From NCBI GenBank assembly GCA_965215265.1, contig OZ244048.1, positions 3,456,001 to 3,520,000 of the forward strand: a stretch of 64,000 nucleotides of DNA, in the 5' to 3' direction. The notes under the pieces were generated by a model. The model saw nothing but the letters and a program-made list of their open reading frames with translations. It was not told the origin of the DNA and made no database searches. Positions 42,285-53,144 of the stretch are shown piece after piece (position 1 is the stretch's first letter; every line of letters starts with the position of its first letter). The translations under genes and the position numbers were made by a program. This stretch comes from Candidatus Poribacteria bacterium. GTDB taxonomy: Bacteria; Poribacteria; WGA-4E; WGA-3G.

Positions 42285-44594
42285 TTGATGACAATGTGTT
42301 GGAAATATGCTATTATGATGAAAAACAGTAAGGAGGAAAGAACAATTATCACGATATATGTTAAACAGTCTCTTTGTATGCTACTCAAAGATATACGGTG
42401 CGAACATTCAAACTCGTCAGAGAGCTCTTGGTTAGGATTTTTAATACACACTTGTCGAAGACATGCTATATTTCAGCGGTTTAAACAGGGCTTATGCTTC
42501 CTCTATGTGATATTAGTATGCTTTTTCGTGCAGACAGCATTCGGTATGCGCGGGTTCACGACTGAAAACATTCCCAGAGAAAGGGAATACGAGGCTGCTT
42601 TCAAGGAACTCGTTTCACCAGAAATTTGTCGGCGACGATTACGTCAATTGACAGAAGAACCACATCTCGCAGGTACCGAGAATAGTCGTCAGGTAGCGGA
42701 GTATATCCGGGATGAATTTGAAAGTTATGGGTTGACAGTACAAATATATGAATATCAGGTTTACCTGCCGCATCCGCTTGAAGTGAGCGTGGAAATGGTT
42801 TCTCCAACTGAGTATCAAGCAATTGGCAAAGAGGCGAGTTGGGAGTGGGACAAGGATTCTTATGAAACCGAGCTTGTGCCGGGATACAATGCTTATTCGC
42901 CCGATGGAGATGTAACAGCAGAGCTCGTCTATGTAAACAAAGGGTTGCCAGTGGATTACGAGATTCTTAGCGAAAAAGGCATCTCTGTTAAGGGCAAAAT
43001 CTGCATTTCTCGGTATGGAGGCAGTTATCGAGGTGTGAAAGCCAAAGTTGCAGGTGATAACGGGGCAGTCGGCTTAATTCTTTATTCAGATCCTGCAGAC
43101 GATGGCTACATGCATGGTGATGTCTATCCTCGTGGCCCGTGGCGTCCCGCCGATGCGATTCAACGTGGAACGGTTAAATATATCTTTCAACATGCGAGCG
43201 ATCCGTTGACACCCGGCTGGGCGGCGACTGAAGATGCCGAAAGACTCACGATTGATGAAGCTACAGATCTACCAGAGATACCAGTTATCCCGCTCGCTTA
43301 TAGAGATGCCGAACCACTGTTGAAGGCACTTGCAGGGCCAAATGTTCCGAGAAAATGGCAAGGTGGTTTGCCTTTCGCATATCATATCGGTCCCGGCCCC
43401 GCCAGAGTTCGTCTCAAAATTCGGTGTGAGCATAGTCAGCGTCCCATCTATAATGTCATCGCGACTTTAGAAGGCGAGGAGTACCCCGACCAATGGGTAA
43501 TCTTAGGCAACCATCACGATGCGTGGGTTTACGGTGCCGCGGACCCCGGAAGTGGGACAACATCGCTCTTAGAAGTCGCTCGGTGCCTATCGGAATTGGC
43601 GAAAACAGGTGTGCGTCCCAAACGTACAATAGTTTTCGCGGCCTGGGATGCAGAAGAATTTGGCATCATCGGCTCAACCGAATGGGTAGAGGAATTGAAA
43701 ACGACGTTAAAGCAAAATGCAGTGGTGTACCTGAACGTTGATATTGCAGCGACAGGCGGAGACCTCTATGTCGGGGCGATTCCTTCACTGAGCTCACTGA
43801 TTCACGAGGTAACACAAAATGTGACGGATCCAGGGACTCTGAAATCTGTTTATGACAGCTGGAAAACGCGGCAAGGAAAGGAAATTCCTCAGATTGGCAA
43901 TCTTGGTAGCGGTTCCGACCATTCACCCTTTATCGGGCATGTAGGGATTCCTGCTGTGAGTATGGGATTTGACGGACCGTACGGTGTTTACCACGCTATG
44001 CAGGATAATTTTTATTGGATGGAACACTTCGGAGATCCGACGTTTCAATATCAGGCGGCGATGGCGAAAATTTGGGGGCTGCTCGCGCTACGACTTGCAA
44101 ATGCCGATATCTTGCCTTTTGATTACGAAAATTACGCGACAGAACTCATAACCCCGTTAAAACTCTTACAAAATGCCGGTTCAAAAGCGAAGATAGCCTC
44201 AGAGGTAAAAAGGTTAGATGCGTTACTCACAAACTGGCAAGCGGCCGCGGCATCAATGCATCAAACTCTCAATCGGCACCTCACAGCTGGAGACTTGCCT
44301 GCTTCACAAAACACTCTTGAAAGCGGTGTTCTACAATTAGAGAAGATAAATCGCCGTCTATATAACTTAGAACGGAATTTGACGGATGACGCAGGGCTGC
44401 CGCTGCGTCCTTGGTTCAAGCACCTCATCTATGCCCCAGGGCTCAATACAGGCTATGCAGCGGTTATTTTCCCCGGTGTTCACGATGCATTAGAGGCGGA
44501 AGATGATGAAGAACTTCGTGCTCAACTTGACCGGTTGGCGGAAGCATTTGAACGGATGATAGAAGGAATAAATAAGATTCGTGCGTTGCTCTAA
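42285..44594 (+). CDS. Glutamate carboxypeptidase II-like M28 peptidase (PA and transferrin-receptor-like dimerisation domains); true start probably downstream
   Basis: PHLAGT, YNAYSP.GDV, LILYSDPADDG, GNHHDAW..GAADPGSG, WDAEEFG..GSTEW, GSGSDH, RPWFKH.IYAPG. Confidence 0.93.
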   Translation: MMTMCWKYAIMMKNSKEERTIITIYVKQSLCMLLKDIRCEHSNSSESSWLGFLIHTCRRHAIFQRFKQGLCFLYVILVCFFVQTAFGMRGFTTENIPREREYEAAFKELVSPEICRRRLRQLTEEPHLAGTENSRQVAEYIRDEFESYGLTVQIYEYQVYLPHPLEVSVEMVSPTEYQAIGKEASWEWDKDSYETELVPGYNAYSPDGDVTAELVYVNKGLPVDYEILSEKGISVKGKICISRYGGSYRGVKAKVAGDNGAVGLILYSDPADDGYMHGDVYPRGPWRPADAIQRGTVKYIFQHASDPLTPGWAATEDAERLTIDEATDLPEIPVIPLAYRDAEPLLKALAGPNVPRKWQGGLPFAYHIGPGPARVRLKIRCEHSQRPIYNVIATLEGEEYPDQWVILGNHHDAWVYGAADPGSGTTSLLEVARCLSELAKTGVRPKRTIVFAAWDAEEFGIIGSTEWVEELKTTLKQNAVVYLNVDIAATGGDLYVGAIPSLSSLIHEVTQNVTDPGTLKSVYDSWKTRQGKEIPQIGNLGSGSDHSPFIGHVGIPAVSMGFDGPYGVYHAMQDNFYWMEHFGDPTFQYQAAMAKIWGLLALRLANADILPFDYENYATELITPLKLLQNAGSKAKIASEVKRLDALLTNWQAAAASMHQTLNRHLTAGDLPASQNTLESGVLQLEKINRRLYNLERNLTDDAGLPLRPWFKHLIYAPGLNTGYAAVIFPGVHDALEAEDDEELRAQLDRLAEAFERMIEGINKIRALL

Positions 44595-44689
44595 ACTTAA
44601 CCTGTTTGACAGTTCTAAATGTAGAGCAAGAACGAGAATTTTGTGCGGCTCGCAACCCTTCTTAAAATGTACCGAGGTCGGCATTTAGG

Positions 44690-45775
44690 CTAGAAATCTA
44701 CCGATGCAGAATCGTATAAAGCATTTGTCTCCGTGTCAGGAGCAACCGGGACTGCGGACTTCGCTTTCAATAGAACGTTATCACCAACTCGAAATGTACA
44801 GCAAGGGTCGGTTTGGACGAAGTAGTGCTGCTTGTCTAGTAAAACGTGATAGATTAAATAGTTCCCTTTAAACATTCGTCCGATAATGCGGGCACATTTT
44901 GTATTTTGGTTGGCAGAGTCAGGTGATGTTAAAGTGAAATGCTCTGGGCGAATTGACAAAAGCACTTCACCAGTGGTTGGGTTCTCAAGGTTGACACAGC
45001 CAAACGAGGTTTCAGCTATCCAATCCTTTGCATGCGCGCGGATGAAGTTGGTTCGTCCAAGGAAACCTGCTACATACGCGGTTCTCGGTTGGTGGTACAT
45101 CTCTTCCGGTGTACCTATCTGTTCAAGAGTCCCTTCTTTCATGACAGCTAACCGTTCTGCGAAACTCAAGGCTTCTTCCTGGTCGTGCGTAACCAAAACG
45201 GCACTGATATGCTCGGCTTTTAGGAGGGCGCGGACCTCGTCGCGGGTTGCTTGACGTAAACCAGGGTCAAGCCCCGAGAAGGGTTCATCTAACAGCAGCA
45301 ATTTCGGGCGTGCGACGATGGAACGGGCTAACGCTACCCGTTGTTGTTCACCGCCGGAGAGATGATGGGGTAGTCGATTATGTAGGTTTGCCAGGTCAAC
45401 CATCTCCAGTCCTTCCATGGCTCTAACCTGCCGTGTTTTTTTCGGCATTTTACGCAGTCCAAAAGCAACGTTTTCCAGGACGTTCTTGTGCGGGAAAAGG
45501 GCGTAATCCTGAAATACAAACCCGATGCTGCGCGATTCAGCCGGCACGTGTACGTTGCTATTTACCAGTACACGTTCCGCCATGGTGATCGTTCCGGCAT
45601 CTGTTTTTTCAAAACCAGCGATTAGTCTTAACGTTGTTGTCTTCCCACAGCCGCTGGGCCCCAATAGTGCGAACATTTCGCTTGGATAGACTTCAAAACT
45701 AACAGCGTTAACCACGGCAGGCTGACTGGCGGTGAACCTTTTAGTAATTGCGTCAACAGTGAGTAAGGGTGTCAT
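44690..45775 (-). CDS. ABC transporter ATP-binding protein (FbpC/PotA class, TOBE domain)
   Basis: GPSGCGKT, VFQDYALFPH, LSGGEQQRVALAR, VTHDQEEA. Confidence 0.93.
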   Translation of the reverse strand: MTPLLTVDAITKRFTASQPAVVNAVSFEVYPSEMFALLGPSGCGKTTTLRLIAGFEKTDAGTITMAERVLVNSNVHVPAESRSIGFVFQDYALFPHKNVLENVAFGLRKMPKKTRQVRAMEGLEMVDLANLHNRLPHHLSGGEQQRVALARSIVARPKLLLLDEPFSGLDPGLRQATRDEVRALLKAEHISAVLVTHDQEEALSFAERLAVMKEGTLEQIGTPEEMYHQPRTAYVAGFLGRTNFIRAHAKDWIAETSFGCVNLENPTTGEVLLSIRPEHFTLTSPDSANQNTKCARIIGRMFKGNYLIYHVLLDKQHYFVQTDPCCTFRVGDNVLLKAKSAVPVAPDTETNALYDSASVDF

Positions 45776-45903
45776 GATAATTTTATTTTTTTCTATCCAA
45801 TGCAGAAATGATAAAACAGGTGCCTATTTCGTCTTTAGCAACTAAAGGACACGCGGTGCTTATGTGAGCCGGTGTTGTTCTCTTGATAGGCATCTCTACT
45901 ACT

Positions 45904-47862
45904 TTAAAGCGTATGTCCTGCACCTGATGACGGCATGTAAAGATTTAAAGCGAAACTGATCAGACTCAAGATACTCCGCGGAATGTAATCGCCTAAAACG
46001 AGTCCGAGGAAGAAGGGGATTGCTCGACGGTAAGTCTGCCATCCTGAAAATCGCAAGATCAGGAATTTAACCAACCAACTCACCATAACAGGGAACCAGA
46101 AGTAAATGAGTCCGCCCCACGATGCCCCGGAAAGTACGTAGCCTGATGGGTGAAGCGTCCACCACAATAGGCGGGTGCGCATAAAATTCAGCAGAAATAC
46201 GAACCCAAAGCCGCCGCACATAAACCCGAGTGCACTAATATCAGGTTCTTGTGGATGCTGTAGCCAACTCTGGAGGGGGTTAAAACTTTCCCACCCAAAC
46301 CGTCCGACAACGCCTTGACAGCGTGCCAACACCCCGTAGTGGTACGCCACCTGCAAATATGTCCAGAAAGTGGCGAGTGCACCCACGGCGATAGCGAGTG
46401 CCATTCCTACTATCAATGTTTTGCCGGGCATGCCCACCCGCTCACCGATGCGAAGCGATTCAATCTGATTCGGCATTGGATGCGAACGGTTGCACCGATT
46501 AAAGGCGTACAGAAATGTCATGATAGTGAGATTCGCGGCCCCCAATTGGCGGGTTCCAAACATACTCACCATCATCTGTCGCGGATTGATGCCGATAACC
46601 TCGTGATAGGGAGGCCCGAGCTCAGCGCGTACACGCCCGATGGCCAGTGCAAAAGCGATGAATAGCATGTAAAACACGGCAATCGCCCACAACGACATTC
46701 CTGCTGCATAACAGAACGCGAACACAAGTCCGATGCTGATAATTGTCAGCACAGCCGTAGTCCGATATGTGAAAGGTTCAGTGGTATCGTCGCCCTGTTC
46801 CCGCCCGAAGATATGCCGTGCAAAACGTGCGAAATGCCGCCTTCCCATCCACAACGTCAATACAGCGATGCCTACCCATGCACCGGAGGCTCTGTCGTTG
46901 AGATGTAGAACGCTTATATTTGTGACACCAACAGCACTCGCAATGACGCGTTCTGCACGAGTGAGCCAAAAGAAGAACCACGTCGAAAAGGCAAGATCGA
47001 GCGGCATGAAATATGTTAACCCAACAATCGCCAAATTGAACGACATTGAGGCATAGCCGATGGCATTCCAAGGTCGTTCTGTGAAATGTCTATCTAGACG
47101 ATAATTAGCAGGAAGTGCAGGAATAACGGGGAAAATATCATGCAATCCAGCTAGCACCCGGAGCAACGCCGCAATCCCGAACCCAATCCAGAGAGCGCGT
47201 GAACGAAAGAAGTTGCGGTTGGTTGTCATTTGCAGCGGCAAATGCGTTAGCGGAAAACTCAATTTCTCGCGTTCCATCCACTGCTTGCGCAGCATCATCC
47301 CTAAGCAGAGAAGTGAACCGTAGAGCAGAAAGATAAAACCGGACCAGATGAGTGCAGGCATTATCCAGATACGGAGATGTTCTGCCCAATAAATGCTAGA
47401 TTCGCCTTCATAATAGCCCGCTAACCATTCAAAATCATGTACCGTGAGCCAAGACGGGATATGGTGTAAGAAGAGTTGTGCCCACTCATTTTCAGGACTA
47501 GCGAACCAGAAAGGATGTGCCAATGTTCCCATGAGGATCGCCATCATCGCATGACCAGAAATGGTGGAAACCATCGTTACCATAACATAGATGAGCAACA
47601 ACTCGCTGGCAGTAAAGGGGGCAATTGGCGATCCGAATTTTAAGGCTGTACGAAGTAGTACATTGATTGCGAGTAGTACAACTAACGTAAATACTGCATT
47701 AGAAAATGGTGAGACGAGCGTATAGACAGCGTACCAGAGCTCACTTGCTATTCCTACCCAATACGCGTTGACGATAACTAGGATAATGCCTACAATTATC
47801 GCTTTTTTTGTGATAATTGTAGGCGGGTTTTTAGGATGCGCGTAGGCGGTACTAGAGCTCAT
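45904..47862 (-). CDS. DUF6785/DUF6784-like polytopic membrane protein (putative transporter)
   Basis: Many TM helices; ELLLIY, RKQW..REKL.FPL, RVRAELG, WW.LHP.GY, PFFLGLVLG. Confidence 0.75.
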   Translation of the reverse strand: MSSSTAYAHPKNPPTIITKKAIIVGIILVIVNAYWVGIASELWYAVYTLVSPFSNAVFTLVVLLAINVLLRTALKFGSPIAPFTASELLLIYVMVTMVSTISGHAMMAILMGTLAHPFWFASPENEWAQLFLHHIPSWLTVHDFEWLAGYYEGESSIYWAEHLRIWIMPALIWSGFIFLLYGSLLCLGMMLRKQWMEREKLSFPLTHLPLQMTTNRNFFRSRALWIGFGIAALLRVLAGLHDIFPVIPALPANYRLDRHFTERPWNAIGYASMSFNLAIVGLTYFMPLDLAFSTWFFFWLTRAERVIASAVGVTNISVLHLNDRASGAWVGIAVLTLWMGRRHFARFARHIFGREQGDDTTEPFTYRTTAVLTIISIGLVFAFCYAAGMSLWAIAVFYMLFIAFALAIGRVRAELGPPYHEVIGINPRQMMVSMFGTRQLGAANLTIMTFLYAFNRCNRSHPMPNQIESLRIGERVGMPGKTLIVGMALAIAVGALATFWTYLQVAYHYGVLARCQGVVGRFGWESFNPLQSWLQHPQEPDISALGFMCGGFGFVFLLNFMRTRLLWWTLHPSGYVLSGASWGGLIYFWFPVMVSWLVKFLILRFSGWQTYRRAIPFFLGLVLGDYIPRSILSLISFALNLYMPSSGAGHTL

Positions 47863-48026
47863 ATTTAAAATCGCGGGCAGCTTACAACTTCTTGGGCTTT
47901 CCTAGTAGTGGCGAGTACCTGACAGAAATCTTCTAAATTCTGGATTAGAAATTTCCGAGGAACTCAATAGTGTGATACTCCGTCCTCGGTACGTAATTGG
48001 GACAGATAAAAAACCTTGTTTTCAGG

Positions 48027-49637
48027 CTATTCTTCAGCCGGTGCTTCCTCTTCAGGTATCTCAGGGATTTCGGTAGTGGAAAGCGATTCGGCATCTTCTG
48101 TTGCATTGCTTAGGTACTTTTCAATTTCGCCTGCTTTGATAATGCGGACCGCCTCCTGCAATTCCCTGTCGTATTCTAAATTCACTACTTTTTCAATGCC
48201 AACATTCCGGTTAAAGAGTTGCTCAGTACGCAGTTTTAACCACTGCATATTAACGCCGATGCTAGTCTCGGCGAGGACTTCGCTGAGTTTCGGAAAATCC
48301 GTTTCTGCAATTTTGAGTGTAGTAAGCCAAAGAGATAATACGGCGTGTTTTAACTTCGGCAGCGCTGCCTCTAGTTTTGTAAAATCTTTCGGCAATTCAC
48401 CTGTACGCTTAAGTTCCTCCTCAATCCATTTTGTGACAAAATCTTCAACGATATCTTTCTCGCGAACCATTCTCTGCATCGTCTGTTCTATGAGTTCAAG
48501 TTTTTCTGGGGTAACATAGACATGGGGCGTAATTCCTTCTTTATCAATAGAGGTGCCATTAGGTGTATAGTATGAAGAGATAGTCAACGACATAGCCCCG
48601 ATTTTTCCGAGCGGATATCGCTTTTGGACGACTCCCTTCCCGAAAGTTTTTTGACCGACAAGAATGCCGCGGCGGGTATCTTTAATCGCGCCAGCCACGA
48701 TTTCGGAAGCACTTGCACTGTATTGATTCACGAGCACGACGAGCGGAATAGTTGGATCGCAGAGCAGCTGGGAGGTTGCAGGGTACGTCTGATCAAATTG
48801 GCTTCTGAGTCCTTTGGTTGAAACGATAAGTCCTTCATCAATAAAAGCATCGGCGATGTGGTATGCTGCATTAAGCAGCCCCCCTTGATTGCTCCGTAAA
48901 TCTAAAATCAGTGCTTGCATGCCGGCGGCTTTATGTGCTTCTAAGGCGCTCCTAAATTTTTCTTCAGTTCCGTCCTTTCTGCCACTCCCGATAAATTCAG
49001 TGATACGGATATAGCCGATTCCATCATCAAGCATCGTTGACGTGACACTACTAATTGCAATTCTTGCCCGGGTCAGTGTTACCTCAAATGGTTCCAAAAG
49101 TCCGCGTTGTATGGTAATTGTTACCGATGTTCCAATTTCGCCTCTGAGTAAATCAACAACATCGTCTTCTGTCATGCCAGTTTTTTCACTCAGATGAATT
49201 GGTTCTCCGTTGACTTTTATAATGTAATCGCCAGCTTGCAGTTCAGCGGCTTCTGCAGGTGTTTTTGGAAGTGGTTTGGAAATCTTGATGAATCCGCGGT
49301 GGTCTCTGTAGATACGGACACCGAGCCCACCAAATTCAGCATTATAGAGGTTTTCGACGGAACGTTGGTGATCGCGGCGGGATAAGAGGTACGTGTAAGG
49401 GTCATGGATAGCCGCGAGTGCCCCCTTAATCGCTCCGACGTACATTGCATCACTGTCTATCGGTTTATAATAATTCTGTTCGGCAATATAGATGGCTGAT
49501 GTGAGAGCAGTATTTAGCATTGCACGCGTGATTCGTTCTTCGCCGCTGAGCGCATCTTTTTCACCGGAATGGATAAGTAGAAACGGAATACCAACAGCAA
49601 CGACTAAGACAATGAAAGATAAAGTGTATCTTTTCAT
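48027..49637 (-). CDS. ctpA: C-terminal processing peptidase (S41A, PDZ)
   Basis: DPYT, FGGLG, LDLRSN.GG, SASASEIVAGA, TFGKG.VQ, YYTPNG.SI. Confidence 0.93.
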   Translation of the reverse strand: MKRYTLSFIVLVVAVGIPFLLIHSGEKDALSGEERITRAMLNTALTSAIYIAEQNYYKPIDSDAMYVGAIKGALAAIHDPYTYLLSRRDHQRSVENLYNAEFGGLGVRIYRDHRGFIKISKPLPKTPAEAAELQAGDYIIKVNGEPIHLSEKTGMTEDDVVDLLRGEIGTSVTITIQRGLLEPFEVTLTRARIAISSVTSTMLDDGIGYIRITEFIGSGRKDGTEEKFRSALEAHKAAGMQALILDLRSNQGGLLNAAYHIADAFIDEGLIVSTKGLRSQFDQTYPATSQLLCDPTIPLVVLVNQYSASASEIVAGAIKDTRRGILVGQKTFGKGVVQKRYPLGKIGAMSLTISSYYTPNGTSIDKEGITPHVYVTPEKLELIEQTMQRMVREKDIVEDFVTKWIEEELKRTGELPKDFTKLEAALPKLKHAVLSLWLTTLKIAETDFPKLSEVLAETSIGVNMQWLKLRTEQLFNRNVGIEKVVNLEYDRELQEAVRIIKAGEIEKYLSNATEDAESLSTTEIPEIPEEEAPAEE

Positions 49638-49801
49638 GATTTTCCCTCTTTTTTAAAGTGTCACATTTTCAGAATATTTTTTAAGCTCTTCTATTATAAC
49701 ATTATAACATTATTTCAACGTTTATACAACGCTATTCGCGTAGATTTAGCACGTAGATACCGTTCGGTTCAGTCAACGAAGGCTTTTTGATGCACGCGTT
49801 A

Positions 49802-50737
49802 CTATTTGGTGAGCCGATTTTGACGTTTTGCTTGCCACTCTGGTAGTGGTTGTGTCTTCCATCTGTTATGCAGCCATAACCACTGCTCAGGATATTTGCG
49901 AATGTACGTTTCTAGTTGTCTGAGCAGGCGTGTCGTCCACTTCTGAACATCGTGCTCGAAATTGGGGGAGGTTTCTAAGTGCATGGGTGGCAAAATATGA
50001 ACATGGTGGCGATCATCGGGTTGTCGGATATCTAATGAAAAAAGGACCGGTGCTCCAGTTTTAAGCGCGAGTACAACGGGGCCACGTGCTGCTGAAGCCT
50101 GCTTTCCGAAAAACTTGACAGCCACGCCTTCCGGTCCGGCGTTCTGATCTGCGAAGAACCCAACAGCATGATTGCTTTTTAGTGCCCGTAAAGTTTCGCG
50201 GACTGCACGTCGCCGAGGAATTAATTCTAAACCCAGCTGCTCTCGATGTTGCCAGACATAAGCATTAAGTGGCTCATTTTTTAATGGAAAAGCGATCGCT
50301 TTCGCTTGATTGGGGATGAGCGCTCCGTAGACAAGTGCCAGCAGTTCCCAATTTCCGAAATGTGGCAGGAATACAATCGCGCCTTTTCCGTGTGCTAAAG
50401 CGTTATGAAGGTTTCCCGCGCCCACCACGGTGACATCACGCCAGATATTCTCAACGTTGAATTGCGGAAATCTGAGAAATTCAATGCAGGTTTTACACAC
50501 GTTGATAAAAGATGCTCTGCCAATTTCTCGTCTCTGTGCTTCTGTTAATTCTTTGCCGAATGCAATCTCTAGATTGTCAAGCGCAATTTGTCGACGGTGT
50601 TTCCATAAGCGATAGAGAAGTTTACCTATGCCACTCCCAAGATGCCGCGTGCAGGATTTGGGAATTCGGCGGCAGAACCAGCCAAAACTCCTAACGAACT
50701 GATACACTATTTTATCCTTCAATTGACTGTGCGTCAT
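49802..50737 (-). CDS. Lipid A biosynthesis acyltransferase (LpxL/HtrB family)
   Basis: HFGNWE, DQNAG...V.FFG, IRKYPEQWLWLHNRWK. Confidence 0.92.
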   Translation of the reverse strand: MTHSQLKDKIVYQFVRSFGWFCRRIPKSCTRHLGSGIGKLLYRLWKHRRQIALDNLEIAFGKELTEAQRREIGRASFINVCKTCIEFLRFPQFNVENIWRDVTVVGAGNLHNALAHGKGAIVFLPHFGNWELLALVYGALIPNQAKAIAFPLKNEPLNAYVWQHREQLGLELIPRRRAVRETLRALKSNHAVGFFADQNAGPEGVAVKFFGKQASAARGPVVLALKTGAPVLFSLDIRQPDDRHHVHILPPMHLETSPNFEHDVQKWTTRLLRQLETYIRKYPEQWLWLHNRWKTQPLPEWQAKRQNRLTK

Positions 50738-50816
50738 ACACCTCACCTTTTTTAAACTATCATGTCATTGAGTATACCATAATAAACCCGTCACATGCAA
50801 AACGTTATCGGATGGT

Positions 50817-50845
50817 TTGACGTAAAATAGGGCATCCTATAAAAT
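50817..50845 (+). promoter_or_regulatory. Sigma70-type promoter
   Basis: TTGACG (50817-50822), 17 nt spacer, TAAAAT (50840-50845). Confidence 0.55.
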
Positions 50846-50873
50846 AACTGCTAAATAAACGGAGGAAAACATA

Positions 50874-51941
50874 ATGTTGGGTAAAACAATAAGTGGGGCT
50901 GTGCAGCTCAGCAGAACAGTAGCAGCATCGTATTTTAAGCATTTTGGACTGTTGTGGCGTATCATGATGCCGGTAGTTATCGTCGTAATTGTAGTTGATA
51001 TCGGGCTGTTTTTCTATAACCACACCAGATTTGAGAAATTTGCAGAAGAAAATAAATTTGAAGTTCATTGGACAGCCAATACAGTCAGAGGTATTGAACC
51101 TACAGTGTCTCCAAGGCCTAAACTTGAGTCTGAGAGGAGTTGGATTTGGATATTTAGCACAAACGATTTCATATTCACTGGTGACGACGATAGCAGTTGG
51201 AGATGGAATTTTACTTTTCGGCATTTCGAGTACAGTCTGCTACTGTTAACGCTTTGTCCGCTCGCCTTCGCTGTTGCTCAACTTTCTCGGTACCCGAAAA
51301 TGATCGCGCGGGATGCCTGGCGGCAAACTCGCACGAAGTTCTGGTCAGTTTTAGGTGCGAATCTCCTCTTAATACTGATTCATGAAGCGATTCACTTACT
51401 TATGTATTCGGTAACATTTCAATTTATTCACATTTCCTCCGTGATGATGAATATTATACCTATGGGCGACACTGTGGTAATGTTCTTTTTGAGGATTATA
51501 ACTATTGTACCCATGTGCTATATTCTGGTAACTTTCAGTCTTTACAATCCGTGTCTTATGCTTGAGAAGCAATCGGTAATATCGGTTTTTCGCCGGAGCC
51601 ATGCATTAGTAAAGGGGGTGCGCTGGCGGTTTTTCTTGATATATATGGTGACTTCATGGGTAGCATCAATTATAACCTCAATTTTCCTTGGTTGCACATT
51701 TTTGGCATTTTCTATTTTTATACCAGAAGTCGCCCCGGTTCGCGATGCATTGCTGCAGTTTCGATTTTTCACGCTATTCCTCGGGGCCAATGCTGCAGTT
51801 ATCTTAGAGGCTTTTCCGAGCGTTTGGGCGAAGGTCCCGATAATTGTAGTCAGAGGATTAATACTAACATTTTTGGTGCCCATCTGGGCAATTTTAACGA
51901 CACATCTCTATATGGTGCGCGTAGATGGACTCTCATCATAA
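50874..51941 (+). CDS. Integral membrane protein of unknown function
   Basis: Multiple TM helices; LE......RRS..LVKG.RWR and T.LY motifs typical of DUF975/GDPD-membrane-like proteins. Confidence 0.7.
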   Translation: MLGKTISGAVQLSRTVAASYFKHFGLLWRIMMPVVIVVIVVDIGLFFYNHTRFEKFAEENKFEVHWTANTVRGIEPTVSPRPKLESERSWIWIFSTNDFIFTGDDDSSWRWNFTFRHFEYSLLLLTLCPLAFAVAQLSRYPKMIARDAWRQTRTKFWSVLGANLLLILIHEAIHLLMYSVTFQFIHISSVMMNIIPMGDTVVMFFLRIITIVPMCYILVTFSLYNPCLMLEKQSVISVFRRSHALVKGVRWRFFLIYMVTSWVASIITSIFLGCTFLAFSIFIPEVAPVRDALLQFRFFTLFLGANAAVILEAFPSVWAKVPIIVVRGLILTFLVPIWAILTTHLYMVRVDGLSS

Positions 51942-51962
51942 CACTGTAGACACACAATTAAA

Positions 51963-52925
51963 GTGAAACTTGGTAGCCCTGAGTGGCTAATTTTAACTTC
52001 ATGCTGTTTTCGAATTAGAAAATGCCTGACGTTGTTAATACTGCTTTTTCTATGGCCCCCAGAAGTTGAGGCTGCGTTTGAAAGCATTGGGTTGACAGCA
52101 AGGGCAATGGGGATGGGAGGCGTGCATTCTGCAGTTGCCAGTGATACGAGCGCACTGATATGGAATCCAGCGGGATTAACTCAACTCGGTACCCCTGAGA
52201 TTGGGCTAAGTTATACAGAACTGTACGGAATGCTCGGTTATAGTTTTATTGGATGGGCACACCCCACTCGGTTTGGGCAGCACACGCTAGGGAGCAGACA
52301 AACAATTGGTGCGGCCGTGCTCAGTTCACGCGATACTGAAGGCTTATCGCAAGAACGGATTGTTCTGCTGTCAGGTGCAACCCGCGTCCCGCGTCTTCCG
52401 ATTCATGTCGGTGCTAACATCAAGTACCTTTCCACTTCAGTCAACCTACCTAGTGCCGATGCGCGGGCTCCAATCTTTTCATTGGGACATGGAACTGGAT
52501 GGGCAGTAGACCTCGGTCTTCATTATAGGTTAGGCGCGCAACTGGCAGTCCGTAACTTGGATGAGGTTACGATCGGTGCGATGTTCCCAAATCTGTTATC
52601 GCAGCTCTATTATCGCCGTGAGGCAGGACGTTACAACGAGGAACTTTTACCGGAATGGCGCGTTGGTTGTGCATTAACCTTAGATTCCATCCTAGCGGCT
52701 TTTGAATTGGAAAACGGAGACCCGCTGATCGGATGTGAGTATCGGTTCAATTCAGATAACGGTATCGTCTCTGTGCGATTGGGCTGGCGTTTCACAGACG
52801 GTGTGTCACATGGATTCACGTTCGGATTTGGCTATCAAGACAATAACATTGTGTTAGATTACGCTTTTGTTAACGGCCGCTATGATGTACAGCCTTCACG
52901 TTTCTCGGTGCGGCTTTTCTACTGA
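51963..52925 (+). CDS. PorV/FadL-like outer membrane beta-barrel
   Basis: Signal peptide, ARAMGMGG...A..D.SA..WNPAGL, amphipathic strands, G.T.GFG....LDYAF, aromatic C-terminus. Confidence 0.75.
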   Translation: MKLGSPEWLILTSCCFRIRKCLTLLILLFLWPPEVEAAFESIGLTARAMGMGGVHSAVASDTSALIWNPAGLTQLGTPEIGLSYTELYGMLGYSFIGWAHPTRFGQHTLGSRQTIGAAVLSSRDTEGLSQERIVLLSGATRVPRLPIHVGANIKYLSTSVNLPSADARAPIFSLGHGTGWAVDLGLHYRLGAQLAVRNLDEVTIGAMFPNLLSQLYYRREAGRYNEELLPEWRVGCALTLDSILAAFELENGDPLIGCEYRFNSDNGIVSVRLGWRFTDGVSHGFTFGFGYQDNNIVLDYAFVNGRYDVQPSRFSVRLFY

Positions 52926-53144
52926 TTTTTCTCAAAAAGGGAGACATAGACGAGTTTCTAAAATTTACCTGCAGGTATGCTCGGTGGCGTAAGGTAAGAA
53001 AATTGCCACATTTCTCACCTTATCGCCTCAATTTGAAATATGTACGTTGTCCGGAGACGGATGCACTCTTTTTCACATCAATCTCCGGTCTCACTTTGAA
53101 AGTGATGAAACGTGTAGCTTAGCCGAGGTAGATGTAAATCGGAC

